Made by a program: the position numbers and the translations under genes. Below are positions 28,759 through 37,669 of a stretch of DNA of 64,000 nucleotides, piece by piece. The stretch lies in IMG/VR virus record IMGVR_UViG_3300027733_000001, one strand, 5' to 3'. The DNA comes from a virus. The notes beneath the pieces are model-generated. The model did no database searches, was not told the DNA's origin, and saw only the letters and a list, made by a program, of their open reading frames with translations. The stretch's first letter is position 1, and the number at the start of each line of letters is the position of its first letter.

Positions 28759-29379
28759 TTATGTCAGGTGCATAAAGTACCTTTTGAATTCTTCATAACC
28801 TTCGTATACAAGGTCTATTGCAGCTTTTTGAATATCGGTGTGCTGCTGCATCTGCTCGTGGGATATGTTTGTTAGATCTTTTGACATTTGGGTATAAAGA
28901 AACCCGTTGTTCCAGTTGTTGTATGTGCCGCTAGCTGCAACATCATAATTTAAGTATGTTCTGTTAGGTACATACTCTACAACTCTAACACTGGCATTGA
29001 TGATGACAGCAAATTCGCATTTAAAATATTTACCACTGCTGATGGCCTTTGGATCCATTTTTAGTGTGAGTCCAGGTTCACTAAAAAAGTCTAGCGGAGT
29101 ATTGTGAACACTTTTGTATGGCCAAATATTAGGAACATGTAGTTTTCTAGTGTGTCCTTTGTTTACAAAAAATAATCTATTCATACTATGTTGTATTTGA
29201 TTGTGTATAAATAAAAACACCCAGCACCTCTCTCGGGATGCTGGGTGTATGTTGTCAGAGATGTAGCTACACCTTTGCAGTTTCTCCGTAACTTCTACCT
29301 GCACGTTCGGAGCATTCTTTACACCTAGTGACCCACCATCCTCCAGTGAATAATTTTCCAGGAGCCCCGCAAGATTCAC
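28759..29379 (-). CDS. Hypothetical protein (start uncertain)
   Basis: ORF overlaps the upstream gene by about 110 nt. Confidence 0.5.
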   Translation of the reverse strand: MNLAGLLENYSLEDGGSLGVKNAPNVQVEVTEKLQRCSYISDNIHPASRERCWVFLFIHNQIQHSMNRLFFVNKGHTRKLHVPNIWPYKSVHNTPLDFFSEPGLTLKMDPKAISSGKYFKCEFAVIINASVRVVEYVPNRTYLNYDVAASGTYNNWNNGFLYTQMSKDLTNISHEQMQQHTDIQKAAIDLVYEGYEEFKRYFMHLT

Positions 29380-29881
29380 AAGTTTGTTCGCTCAGTATGT
29401 GGGCTATACCGAGCACTCCATCTATCCTACCCCAAGCCCTTTCCCTGGCAATGATGATATCTGCAGGGTCAAGGTGTTTAACATCCTCAGGCTTGAACTT
29501 GTCTTCGAAATTGTGGTATATACGCAATGTTCCGAACTTCTCTTTGATCTGCGAAAACCTTATCGCAAAACCGGGGAACCGTTCATATGTCCTGTGCTTC
29601 GCTGTGTACAATGAGGCGTATTTGAGACCTAGCTTCTTTTCAATCTTTCTACATAGATTGTGAAACCATACAGTAATCTCGTCCTGATACGGAAAAGATT
29701 TCTTTTGTCGAGCCAGTGCATAATCTGTTTTCAATACCTTGCTTACATTTCGAATAATTGGTTCCCAGCCATCGCTGCATTCTATACCCCAGCACATACA
29801 GGTTTCTGTCATAGGGTAGTCTTTCTCTTTGAACAGTTCCGGGAAATCTTGATATAGTTTTTCTTGCAGTTCTTTATTCAT
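29267..29881 (-). CDS. Conserved phage protein with C-terminal Zn finger
   Basis: CSDGWEPII, QIKEKFGTLRIY, CESCG...RCKEC. Confidence 0.7.
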   Translation of the reverse strand: MNKELQEKLYQDFPELFKEKDYPMTETCMCWGIECSDGWEPIIRNVSKVLKTDYALARQKKSFPYQDEITVWFHNLCRKIEKKLGLKYASLYTAKHRTYERFPGFAIRFSQIKEKFGTLRIYHNFEDKFKPEDVKHLDPADIIIARERAWGRIDGVLGIAHILSEQTCESCGAPGKLFTGGWWVTRCKECSERAGRSYGETAKV

Positions 29882-30077
29882 TTGTAAGTCCTCTTACTTT
29901 CGCTAAAACTACATCCACATCTTCAACTATACCAATAGAATGACCTCCTTTAAAAACAATCACACTGTTTTTAAAGTTTAATCCGTGCTGAATGTAGCTG
30001 ATATCCTCTACATTGATATATACTGGTTCGGTAGGGTCTGCCGGACCAAAAAACTCAGTTAATGCTATTATTTTCAT
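29874..30077 (-). CDS. Small hypothetical protein
   Basis: 67-aa beta-rich ORF. Confidence 0.6.
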   Translation of the reverse strand: MKIIALTEFFGPADPTEPVYINVEDISYIQHGLNFKNSVIVFKGGHSIGIVEDVDVVLAKVRGLTNE

Positions 30078-30137
30078 AATCCAAATGCTGCTATTGTGTG
30101 TTTGAATGGGTTGCCTGGTATTTCGACATCGTTCATT

Positions 30138-31184
30138 TTAACCTTTCTTCATGTCGTAGGGTTGATTCATTACTTTCAAGCTCCAATATGGCTTCTGGAG
30201 CGCCATGCTTCTAATTGGCGTGACCGGCATAATCACGATACCTTCAGCATTAGCTCTACCATGATCGTATTTGGTATTATTTGCCATATCCTGTAGATCC
30301 TCGTTGCTAGGAACATTAATGGATGAGAACACGAACCTGGTCACCTCCGGAACGTGCTGCAAGCCGCTGGTAGCACAGAACAGCTTTAGCTCGTCCCAAC
30401 CAAGGAACTTGTGTGTCTTTAGATTTTTTACTCTGAATACAAATAACTCCCTAGAGTCTAGTTTCATAGGATTCTTCTGAATCCCTGGTCCACATATCTC
30501 TCCCTGAATCGCATAGTCGTCTTCTAGGTTACCCTCAAGCTTATACTTGCGAACCATTTCCCAATGAACATTTCCTGGAGTATCGGCGTATTCTTTATTG
30601 CGTCCACAAGCATGGAAGTTCCCTTCGTAGCGAATGAATGTGGCGCTAGTGCCGTCACACTTAAGTGTAGCAACGAACTCCGCATTCTTGAACATAGGAT
30701 CTGTTCTAGCTTCGACAAGGGCAGCAGGCTCGCTCCTAAAATTGAGCTCATCCGTTCGACTGATGAACCTTGTAGGGAAATCCCCTAGTTCATCTCCTCC
30801 TGTACTCATACCTACCGGAGCTACCCACTTTTCAATACCAAGAATTACGCTTACTTCCATACCTTCCTCCCAGTCACTAGGAGGATATGGTGACGCAAGT
30901 GAGGCTGCTGTAAGCTCACACAAGGGCAGTACAAGCCCTGCGCTATACTGCCCTCTCATTTTAACTGTCTTAATCCTGGTCTTTTCGTTCCCAATATATG
31001 TCTCATCTACGTATCTCTTAGGTGCAAGCGAATCAGGAAATATCATGACAACCTTATCACCCACTACATATAATCCCTTTTTAACTACGACATGCCAACC
31101 TAACACAGTGGCACGTTCGATTCTATCTGCCCCTTCAATAGGGGACAGCTCAAGTATTCTTGCTATAACAGCTAGTTTTTCCAT
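30138..31184 (-). CDS. RNA ligase (Rnl2/DRB0094-like)
   Basis: Start MEKLA at 31184; N-terminal IEGADRIE OB-like domain; motif I LKCDGTS, QGEICGPGIQKN, EGIV, SLKVMN. Confidence 0.9.
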   Translation of the reverse strand: MEKLAVIARILELSPIEGADRIERATVLGWHVVVKKGLYVVGDKVVMIFPDSLAPKRYVDETYIGNEKTRIKTVKMRGQYSAGLVLPLCELTAASLASPYPPSDWEEGMEVSVILGIEKWVAPVGMSTGGDELGDFPTRFISRTDELNFRSEPAALVEARTDPMFKNAEFVATLKCDGTSATFIRYEGNFHACGRNKEYADTPGNVHWEMVRKYKLEGNLEDDYAIQGEICGPGIQKNPMKLDSRELFVFRVKNLKTHKFLGWDELKLFCATSGLQHVPEVTRFVFSSINVPSNEDLQDMANNTKYDHGRANAEGIVIMPVTPIRSMALQKPYWSLKVMNQPYDMKKG

Positions 31185-31194
31185 ATTGTTGAAG

Positions 31195-31590
31195 TTATTC
31201 TTCCCAACAAAACACAACATTATCGTATTCCTGTAACGCAACTACTAAATTTGGTTTAATTAGTAGTTGCCAGATATAGTATTTGTTGGCGGCACCAGAA
31301 CCTACTTTACTGATGTAGAATTTCTGGTGCGGCGCGTTCTTTATTATGTCTTCCAGCTGTTTTAGCTGCTGAAAGAACGGTTTTATGTATTCTTCAGGTT
31401 TGAAGCACTCAGACGGTTTGGTGCCTGGTGCTCTTTTAGTTATCAAGCCTATAGCTCTTGGATGGTGCCTCAACGCTGCTGCTCCTGCTGTACCTTGCCT
31501 ACTTTCATTGTCGCCATAGACAAAGTAGCTACCTGTGTCTTGGTCCAGTAGTGCAGCGTCGACTACCAGTTTTTGATATGTTGCAGGCAT
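31195..31590 (-). CDS. Conserved phage protein, possible Macro-like fold
   Basis: Start MPATY at 31590; FVYGDN...GTAGAA...AIGLITK...KVGSGAA. Confidence 0.55.
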   Translation of the reverse strand: MPATYQKLVVDAALLDQDTGSYFVYGDNESRQGTAGAAALRHHPRAIGLITKRAPGTKPSECFKPEEYIKPFFQQLKQLEDIIKNAPHQKFYISKVGSGAANKYYIWQLLIKPNLVVALQEYDNVVFCWEE

Positions 31591-31594
31591 ACGG

Positions 31595-31849
31595 CTAGTA
31601 TTCGATACTGTATTTATCCAGACGCTCGATTTCTCTAAGCAAGCACCACACCGCCTTGCTATAGTCTTTTTGTGCAGGCTCTCCAGGTTTTCTGCCCGCT
31701 CTGAAGATATACTGCATAGCCTGAGCGACGTTACCTGGAAAATGTTCACTGATATCTATGCAAGATATTCCTGTCGGATGCCAGTTATAGTAGTCAGGCT
31801 GATTGATTGTGCTATCGAATTGCAAAGGATCAAAATTTTGACTTTTCAT
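31595..31849 (-). CDS. DUF3310 family protein
   Basis: INQPDYY...CIDI...GNVAQAMQYIFRAGRK...DYSKAVWCL. Confidence 0.85.
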   Translation of the reverse strand: MKSQNFDPLQFDSTINQPDYYNWHPTGISCIDISEHFPGNVAQAMQYIFRAGRKPGEPAQKDYSKAVWCLLREIERLDKYSIEY

Positions 31850-31875
31850 CTCTAAGTATTATACCAATTATTCAG

Positions 31876-32421
31876 CTAGTTAGTTAATGCCGCTAGTAAG
31901 CTTTTTCTAAGCAGCGACAATTTGTTGTAGTATGTTCTAGGCGACCTTCCACGCTTAGCGGCGACATCTTTAATGTCTTCACCCTTAGTGTACACGTCAT
32001 GTATTATTTGCGCTAGATCTGCTGGGAGATCAAGCACAATTTTTTCTAGCATCCGCAATTTATCTTCGTGCGGATTCGGAGGAGCATGTACAGGGTGGTA
32101 CACCTCTTCAGGTATCGAGGCTAGTAACGTAGCGTTAGCTTGCAGTATTCTTTTGGTTTTCCTTAAGTGGTTGAATAGCTCGAATTTTGCTATTGTGCTC
32201 GCCCAGTTAAAGAAGTCTGTATCTGGCTTAAATGTGTCGTACTTGTTCCACATAGTCAATGCGGCTTTCTGTACAACATCCTCCATATCGCTGTTACACG
32301 CCGACAGACTGCATAACAGTCTCAAGATGCTAGGTCTGTATTTTTTAAAATTTTGACTGAACTCTGCAATCCTGCATGCTGATTTATCTGTCGTACGGAC
32401 AGAAACCTTCACAGTTGTCAT
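31876..32421 (-). CDS. ECF sigma factor (Rhodopirellula/Verrucomicrobium-type)
   Basis: EDVVQKAALTMWNKYDTFKPDTDFFNWASTIAKFE; region 4 with RTYYNKLSLLRKSL; start chosen at MTTVK. Confidence 0.85.
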   Translation of the reverse strand: MTTVKVSVRTTDKSACRIAEFSQNFKKYRPSILRLLCSLSACNSDMEDVVQKAALTMWNKYDTFKPDTDFFNWASTIAKFELFNHLRKTKRILQANATLLASIPEEVYHPVHAPPNPHEDKLRMLEKIVLDLPADLAQIIHDVYTKGEDIKDVAAKRGRSPRTYYNKLSLLRKSLLAALTN

Positions 32422-32768
32422 AGTCTTTTTCGGGAGGGTCTTGTTCTTCTGTGTGTCCGCATTCCGAGCAACTAGCAGAGTCGTCACTCACATCTAATAT
32501 ATTGCCACAATCAGGGCACTCATACTCGCGCTCAGCGTACGCAGGATCTTCATCTCCGGGGAATCCCATACAAGCCATATTAAACCTCCTCCTTTTTTTC
32601 AAGTAAACCTTCTAGGAAACATGAAGCACAGATATATCGCGTTTCCTTTAGTGGATCATTTTCTGGTCTGGATGTTTCCAGTAATTCTTTAGCCCACATG
32701 GATATGTGTTCTAGTTTCTTTTTAAGTTCAGCCAGTTCTTGCTGGTCGATTTCTGTGTCTGTAGACAT
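32384..32768 (-). other. Two small Cys-containing ORFs (32384-32578 Zn ribbon; 32580-32768)
   Basis: CPDC...CSEC; CASC. Confidence 0.55.
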
Positions 32769-32778
32769 AGCTATTATA

Positions 32779-33450
32779 TTATGTTGTAGTGAACCTGTTG
32801 AATGCGTCCTGCATCAACCCTAGGTAGTTTTGGTGATTGTGACATATGTCTGAGTAACCAGACCTCTGCACACATAATAATTCGTTGACTATATAGCAGT
32901 TGTTTTTGATTAGATAATCTTTTGCCAGATAGATGTCTATTGCGTCGTATTTGGCAGATATAGTGTCTCCCCAGTAAGCTGAGGAATCGATGCCGCTAAT
33001 TAAGGCATCAAGTCCTTTCTTAGAGTAGGCTATTGCATGGGTAGTGAACGCACTAATCAGTCTCAAAAGGTCCTGCGAATATTTCTCCACAGGGCGTGCA
33101 TGAAACTGGTCGGTTAGTGTTGCTCCGAGATATAGGGCATCCCAGTCGCTAGGTAATTGCTGCAGTGCAGCATTTAGTTTATTGTTGGTGTGTTCTGGAT
33201 CTCTAGGGAAATGAATATCGTCCTCGCATATAAGTACAGATTCATATCCAGCAGCCAGAGCTTTCTCGACAGAATTACATATCGCTCTAATGCATCCTAC
33301 CCTGCCAGAGGAGGCCACTACACCAGGAATACGTTCATAGTTAGTTATACCTACAGAGGCGAACGCATCCACACTTTCTTGCCATCTATCAGGCCTAGAT
33401 TCTAGATTGATGCAGTAAACTTTATCAAAGTACTTAAAGGCCTCCATCAT
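32779..33450 (-). CDS. GT25-like glycosyltransferase
   Basis: YCINLESRPDRW, GCIRA, ICEDD, WDALYLG, THAIAYS. Confidence 0.85.
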   Translation of the reverse strand: MMEAFKYFDKVYCINLESRPDRWQESVDAFASVGITNYERIPGVVASSGRVGCIRAICNSVEKALAAGYESVLICEDDIHFPRDPEHTNNKLNAALQQLPSDWDALYLGATLTDQFHARPVEKYSQDLLRLISAFTTHAIAYSKKGLDALISGIDSSAYWGDTISAKYDAIDIYLAKDYLIKNNCYIVNELLCVQRSGYSDICHNHQNYLGLMQDAFNRFTTT

Positions 33451-34262
33451 ATAATAATACTGTTTTCGATGTAGATGTCTTGCCAGTTTTGTGGGCCGCT
33501 AGACCCAAACCATCTAGCAGGGAAGATTATCTGCTTATCTAGATTGTCCGAAAGGTAGGCAGACCACCAACCAAATGTGGAATTTGTACAGATAAAGTTA
33601 CTACACAAAGAGGCCAACCATAACTGTTTCCAGTCAGCACCTACAACGTTAGTAATTTTACCTCTAGGTATAAGCCTAGGTAACACATCGTCACACCAAG
33701 CATAGTCGTCTGACACCACAAGATAGTGCTCTGGATTAGTTGCACGATTGATCTCCAACGCATCCACAATATACTCTAGTGTGGTGGGAGGATGTATTTC
33801 TGGGTATTTAAGATAGTCTCCTCTGCGTACAAATAAGGCAGTAGTGTTTGCTTTGAGTTGAGGAAACTCAGCTAGCAGTTCTTGCTTTGTGTTGGCTGGG
33901 GCTCCAAACAAATCCACAATATTGTTTCTATAGTCTTTAAAGTATTTTTCACTTTGGAAGTAGCCATAGAATTTTATAGACCTGTCCCAACTTGGAGCTA
34001 TTTCCCTATAGCTGAATCCTGCTTCGTGCAGATTTGCCCAACCGATTGGGTAGTTTTCTACAAAGTTAATATTTTGCAGAATATTCGATGTGTATTTCGA
34101 TGCCTGTCTTTCAGGGAACTGTTCGATGTGTGCAACATGCAGCTCAAACACGGCCGACACATCGACTCCTGCTGCTTGAGCTTTCCACGTTTGTGCGTAA
34201 GCGTGAGCGAGCTGAAACATTTGATTACCTAGCCCACCCATCAATTGTGCTGAACTATACAT
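33447..34262 (-). CDS. GT11 alpha-1,2-fucosyltransferase-like protein
   Basis: GGLGNQMFQ, GYFQSEKYF, VRRGDY, NSTFGWW. Confidence 0.9.
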   Translation of the reverse strand: MYSSAQLMGGLGNQMFQLAHAYAQTWKAQAAGVDVSAVFELHVAHIEQFPERQASKYTSNILQNINFVENYPIGWANLHEAGFSYREIAPSWDRSIKFYGYFQSEKYFKDYRNNIVDLFGAPANTKQELLAEFPQLKANTTALFVRRGDYLKYPEIHPPTTLEYIVDALEINRATNPEHYLVVSDDYAWCDDVLPRLIPRGKITNVVGADWKQLWLASLCSNFICTNSTFGWWSAYLSDNLDKQIIFPARWFGSSGPQNWQDIYIENSIII

Positions 34263-34263
34263 G

Positions 34264-34716
34264 TTACCTGTTTTCTAGATAATTACCTATAGCCTCTTCT
34301 GCTGCTTTGTATTCACTGGCATGTGAAGCTATACGCTTTGTGTCGTTAGCCCAAAAGATCTCTCGATCGTCCTGGTCATAATCTACTACCACAAATTTAC
34401 CTTCATCAATATTTACGTTATAGGCCTGCACATTGACAGACCAGTGCACACACTCGACTTCTTTGCTTTTTGGTTTTTTAGACATGAATTTCTATGGTTT
34501 ACTGGCTTCCATCATTACCTCTTCAGCGTAATATACACTGAGTACCATGTTACCTTTAGGGTCGGGATGCTCAAACTCATACAGTGGTTTGATCGGTCGC
34601 TCTTCAGTATCCTTATCGAACACTGCGACACATCGGGCTATACCGAAATAAGAGCCTTCTGGCTCTGCTTTATCTTCGTAATTGATATAGTAGAATCTTC
34701 CTATTTTGGGGATCAT
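34264..34716 (-). other. Two small hypothetical genes (34264-34485; 34492-34716)
   Basis: Second start placed at MIPKIG (34716), just downstream of tRNA-Tyr. Confidence 0.6.
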
Positions 34717-34721
34717 AAGAG

Positions 34722-34807
34722 TGGTGGGTAGTGTGGGTATCGAACCCACCCAGCCTTGCGGCGCCAGATTTACAGTCTGGACTGTGTCCTTAACAGTATA
34801 ACTACCC
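34722..34807 (-). tRNA. tRNA-Tyr(GUA)
   Basis: Acceptor stem GGGTAGT/ACTACCC-A-CCA, anticodon arm CCAGA-CTGTAAA-TCTGG, long variable arm, GTTCGAT T-loop; D-arm atypical. Confidence 0.85.
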
Positions 34808-34813
34808 AACTAA

Positions 34814-35428
34814 TTAAACCTGTACGTAAGTATGCAGGTCAAATAAATAAAGTTGATCGCGTGTAGATCTATATACCTCGCATGGTTTGTTGTAGGCTGC
34901 CATAACTACTGACCCTCCAGAATGCTGACACACAAACTTTTTTGCACTGGTCGCAATATCCACCCATTCAAAAATATTGCTTGAGTGTAGCGCATTGTTT
35001 ATACAAGGATCAATACAATTTACATAAATCGCATCTGGATACTTATGTTTTATGGTGTTAATCGCTGAGCTGCTGTTTGCGGCCGCAGCATTGAGGTCCA
35101 CAACCACCTCAGAAAAAACCCGCTCTATTTTTTGCGGAGAGTAATATAGTTTTGGTCGAGAATTAAACACTTTCCCGAACAGTTGCTGCTCCCACTGCTG
35201 TACAATATTTCCTCCAAATGTGCAGCTGTATACTGTGTTGCCTGGCATATCCAGATAACCTTTCACAAATGGATTAGTATCCCACACTAGTTTCTTAATG
35301 TCAGTATTCCTATAGGTATTGTGGTTAGATACGTATACATCTATACCTAAAGAGTGCGCTACTTCAGGTATAGTGCTTAGCTGCAAGTTGTCTCCTAACC
35401 CTCCCCAAGGCTGAGATATGATAATCAT
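34814..35428 (-). CDS. Glycosyltransferase-like protein (GT9-like N-terminal motif)
   Basis: PWGGLGDNLQLST; located in the glycan cluster. Confidence 0.5.
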   Translation of the reverse strand: MIIISQPWGGLGDNLQLSTIPEVAHSLGIDVYVSNHNTYRNTDIKKLVWDTNPFVKGYLDMPGNTVYSCTFGGNIVQQWEQQLFGKVFNSRPKLYYSPQKIERVFSEVVVDLNAAAANSSSAINTIKHKYPDAIYVNCIDPCINNALHSSNIFEWVDIATSAKKFVCQHSGGSVVMAAYNKPCEVYRSTRDQLYLFDLHTYVQV

Positions 35429-36054
35429 ACCGCTCTGAAAAGCCCTGTAAGTATGTTGGACAGTTTGCCGTCACCTTTGCGAATAGTGTCCTCTATGTTA
35501 GATAGCGCTACTGGTTTAAAATCTAGCTCAGCCATGAAGTTAATCAAAGCTGTTCTATTAAAGTGCCACAGGTGTTCGTCAGGGCGCCGATGTTTCCATT
35601 TTTCAAACCACTCATCAGAAAGATAATGACATTCCGGAACAGATATATAGATATACTCTGTGTTTAATTCAGCTATAGTGTAAATATCATCAAAATGCTC
35701 AAGTACGTCGAAAAAGCAAACTGCATCATATGTACTATTACATATATCAACTACCTCCGTACAGTTTTCAGGTATTGGGTAGTTATTAACCTCGAAACCG
35801 TAGCAATTAGTTATAGCTTTGGATGCAGCTTTTAAAAAATCTCCGTTACCGTAACCTACATCCAATATCGAAGATATTCTAGACTTGCATGCACCTAGCA
35901 AATACCCTAAACGCAAATACGCCATATTCTTAGATAGCTCACCATATGCATCGTATCTTTTCGCAATGTAAGGTACGTCGTATTTCTGTTTCTCGTGCAG
36001 TATACTGTCTTGCTTGATTATGCCGTTAGCTAATTTACTATAATTGGTGAGCAT
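35425..36054 (-). CDS. Class I SAM-dependent methyltransferase
   Basis: Start MLTNY at 36054 (the track's longer ORF overlaps tRNA-Pro); ILDVGYGNG, FFDVLEHF, HLWHF. Confidence 0.85.
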   Translation of the reverse strand: MLTNYSKLANGIIKQDSILHEKQKYDVPYIAKRYDAYGELSKNMAYLRLGYLLGACKSRISSILDVGYGNGDFLKAASKAITNCYGFEVNNYPIPENCTEVVDICNSTYDAVCFFDVLEHFDDIYTIAELNTEYIYISVPECHYLSDEWFEKWKHRRPDEHLWHFNRTALINFMAELDFKPVALSNIEDTIRKGDGKLSNILTGLFRAV

Positions 36055-36070
36055 GCGTTGGTGTGTTATT

Positions 36071-36146
36071 TGGTCGTGACGGAGAGACTCGAACTCTCGA
36101 TACCCTGCTCCCAAAGCAGGTGCCATAGCCGCTAGGCGACGTCACG
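36071..36146 (-). tRNA. tRNA-Pro(UGG)
   Basis: Acceptor stem CGTGACG/CGTCACG, anticodon arm CCTGC-TTTGGGA-GCAGG, CCA encoded. Confidence 0.95.
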
Positions 36147-36214
36147 TATAAATATTGTATTGATGGTATCTCTAAGCACAGGGATTTGACAAGATGTCGA
36201 CACATTGTACATAA

Positions 36215-36478
36215 TTATTTCTTAAAATACACACCAGCTAGTGTACCAAAAAACGAACCAATGCAAGAAGGTATGATCAGCCAATGGTTTTCAATATAGC
36301 CTATAGCTGTGATACTGGCAACCAAATTTATTAAAGCAGACCAACCACTGGCCGCAATATATCTGCTTTCTTGTGCGGCTCTAATATAATACGCATAAAA
36401 CACATTGACTGTAAATACCGACACAAATGTTAGTAGCCATAGTAACATAAGACAATCAAGCGTTATAGGCCTCTTCAA
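36215..36478 (-). CDS. Small multi-pass membrane protein
   Basis: Three hydrophobic segments. Confidence 0.65.
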   Translation of the reverse strand: MKRPITLDCLMLLWLLTFVSVFTVNVFYAYYIRAAQESRYIAASGWSALINLVASITAIGYIENHWLIIPSCIGSFFGTLAGVYFKK

Positions 36479-37193
36479 ATGACAAATAGCGACGATAATT
36501 AGGATCCTGTCGATGTCCTCCGTTGGGACCAGGGCCGTATGTAGGAGCTCTGTATAGTAAAGCTAAATCATTTACACCGACGAAGTCTGTAGTGTGTGTT
36601 TTTAAAATATTGTTGTGTACAAAGTAACAGTTGGTTCCAGATGAGTCGCAACATACTAAAGAATAGTTGTATTTTGCTGTTAGTTTGGACCAGGAAAGCA
36701 AAGATGCTCCGAAGTAGTTGCTATATCCGTCCCAGCTACCCTGAGAAGAATACACTACAATTTTATCGTCGGCTGTGTCGTGTGTACCATTGTATTCAAA
36801 AATTAAAATATCGCATGTATAGTACTTAAGTATCTCTTTAGCGCAATAAAAGTCATTATAGTCGATATCTATCGAAAGCAGATTGATATGCTTTGGTACA
36901 TTGTATTTTTGAAAAAGGGTGATCACATTCTCTTTAGTGACCACCTCTTTTTTGAGGTTTAGCGCAGGATCTTCATAGCCGCCGTCCATCAAAAGTCCTT
37001 CCCAACCTGTACATAGTTGTTTGAGTATTCTTGTATTACATTCTGCTCCGCTCTGTACGCCGAACTCTACATAGTATTTAGTAGAGTAATTTTCAGGATA
37101 CAAACACTCAACCAATTTAAGCGTTATGCCATCTTCCCCGTGTTGAGAGAATACTTTTCGTTCGTAATTATTTAAGTCGATCATAACTCTCAA
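36456..37193 (-). CDS. FkbM-like methyltransferase
   Basis: FSQHGEDGI, VEFGV, GLLMDG, LSIDIDYND, GTNCYFV. Confidence 0.8.
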   Translation of the reverse strand: MRVMIDLNNYERKVFSQHGEDGITLKLVECLYPENYSTKYYVEFGVQSGAECNTRILKQLCTGWEGLLMDGGYEDPALNLKKEVVTKENVITLFQKYNVPKHINLLSIDIDYNDFYCAKEILKYYTCDILIFEYNGTHDTADDKIVVYSSQGSWDGYSNYFGASLLSWSKLTAKYNYSLVCCDSSGTNCYFVHNNILKTHTTDFVGVNDLALLYRAPTYGPGPNGGHRQDPNYRRYLSFEEAYNA

Positions 37194-37205
37194 CGTCTAA
37201 AAAAT

Positions 37206-37280
37206 TGGAGCCAGCACTCGGGTTCGAACCGAGGACCTACGGTTTACAAAACCGGTGCTCTACCACTGAGCTATGCTGGC
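37206..37280 (-). tRNA. tRNA-Thr(UGU)
   Basis: Acceptor stem GCCAGCA/TGCTGGC, anticodon loop TTTGTAA, CCA encoded. Confidence 0.95.
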
Positions 37281-37332
37281 CTTTTGCCCCCAGCCATATT
37301 AACGGGCTATGGCTGGGGGCGTGGGTTTCGGC

Positions 37333-37605
37333 CTATAGTAGGCCCTGGTCTTTCATCTCTTTATACTGCTTGCGCGCCAGCACTAATCCTTCAGGAGTGT
37401 ATTTATATACTCCAGGAGTGGCTGTTCTTTCAACAAACCCCTCTAGTTCAAGATAGTGCATGGCTTTCTTGGCTCTCAAGTCTACCGCAGCCAGCATCTT
37501 TTGGACTTCCAGAGCTTCATCACTCTGAGCGTCTTCCTCTTCTTCTTCAGACCAGCTGTCGTACTCATCATTGGACATATTTGAATTATTTCGAAAACTG
37601 CTCAC
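37333..37605 (-). CDS. Small acidic hypothetical protein
   Basis: Acidic N-terminus; GVYKYTPEG. Confidence 0.6.
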   Translation of the reverse strand: MSSFRNNSNMSNDEYDSWSEEEEEDAQSDEALEVQKMLAAVDLRAKKAMHYLELEGFVERTATPGVYKYTPEGLVLARKQYKEMKDQGLL

Positions 37606-37669
37606 GAAGTAAAGAATTATTGTTGCGTAACTATCAAAACTTCAAGGCAAGCATTGATATGTTTGAGAC

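Noticed and set aside
34492-34809. 105-aa version of this ORF
   Set aside because: The N-terminal part is tRNA-Tyr sequence; start reassigned to 34716.
35425-36126. 233-aa methyltransferase start
   Set aside because: It overlaps tRNA-Pro; start reassigned to 36054.
36186-36215. Plus-strand TTGACA-N18-CATAAT promoter-like sequence
   Set aside because: It points antisense with no downstream plus-strand gene; possibly a chance match or half of the TTGACAA/TTGTCAA element serving the tRNA-Pro promoter.
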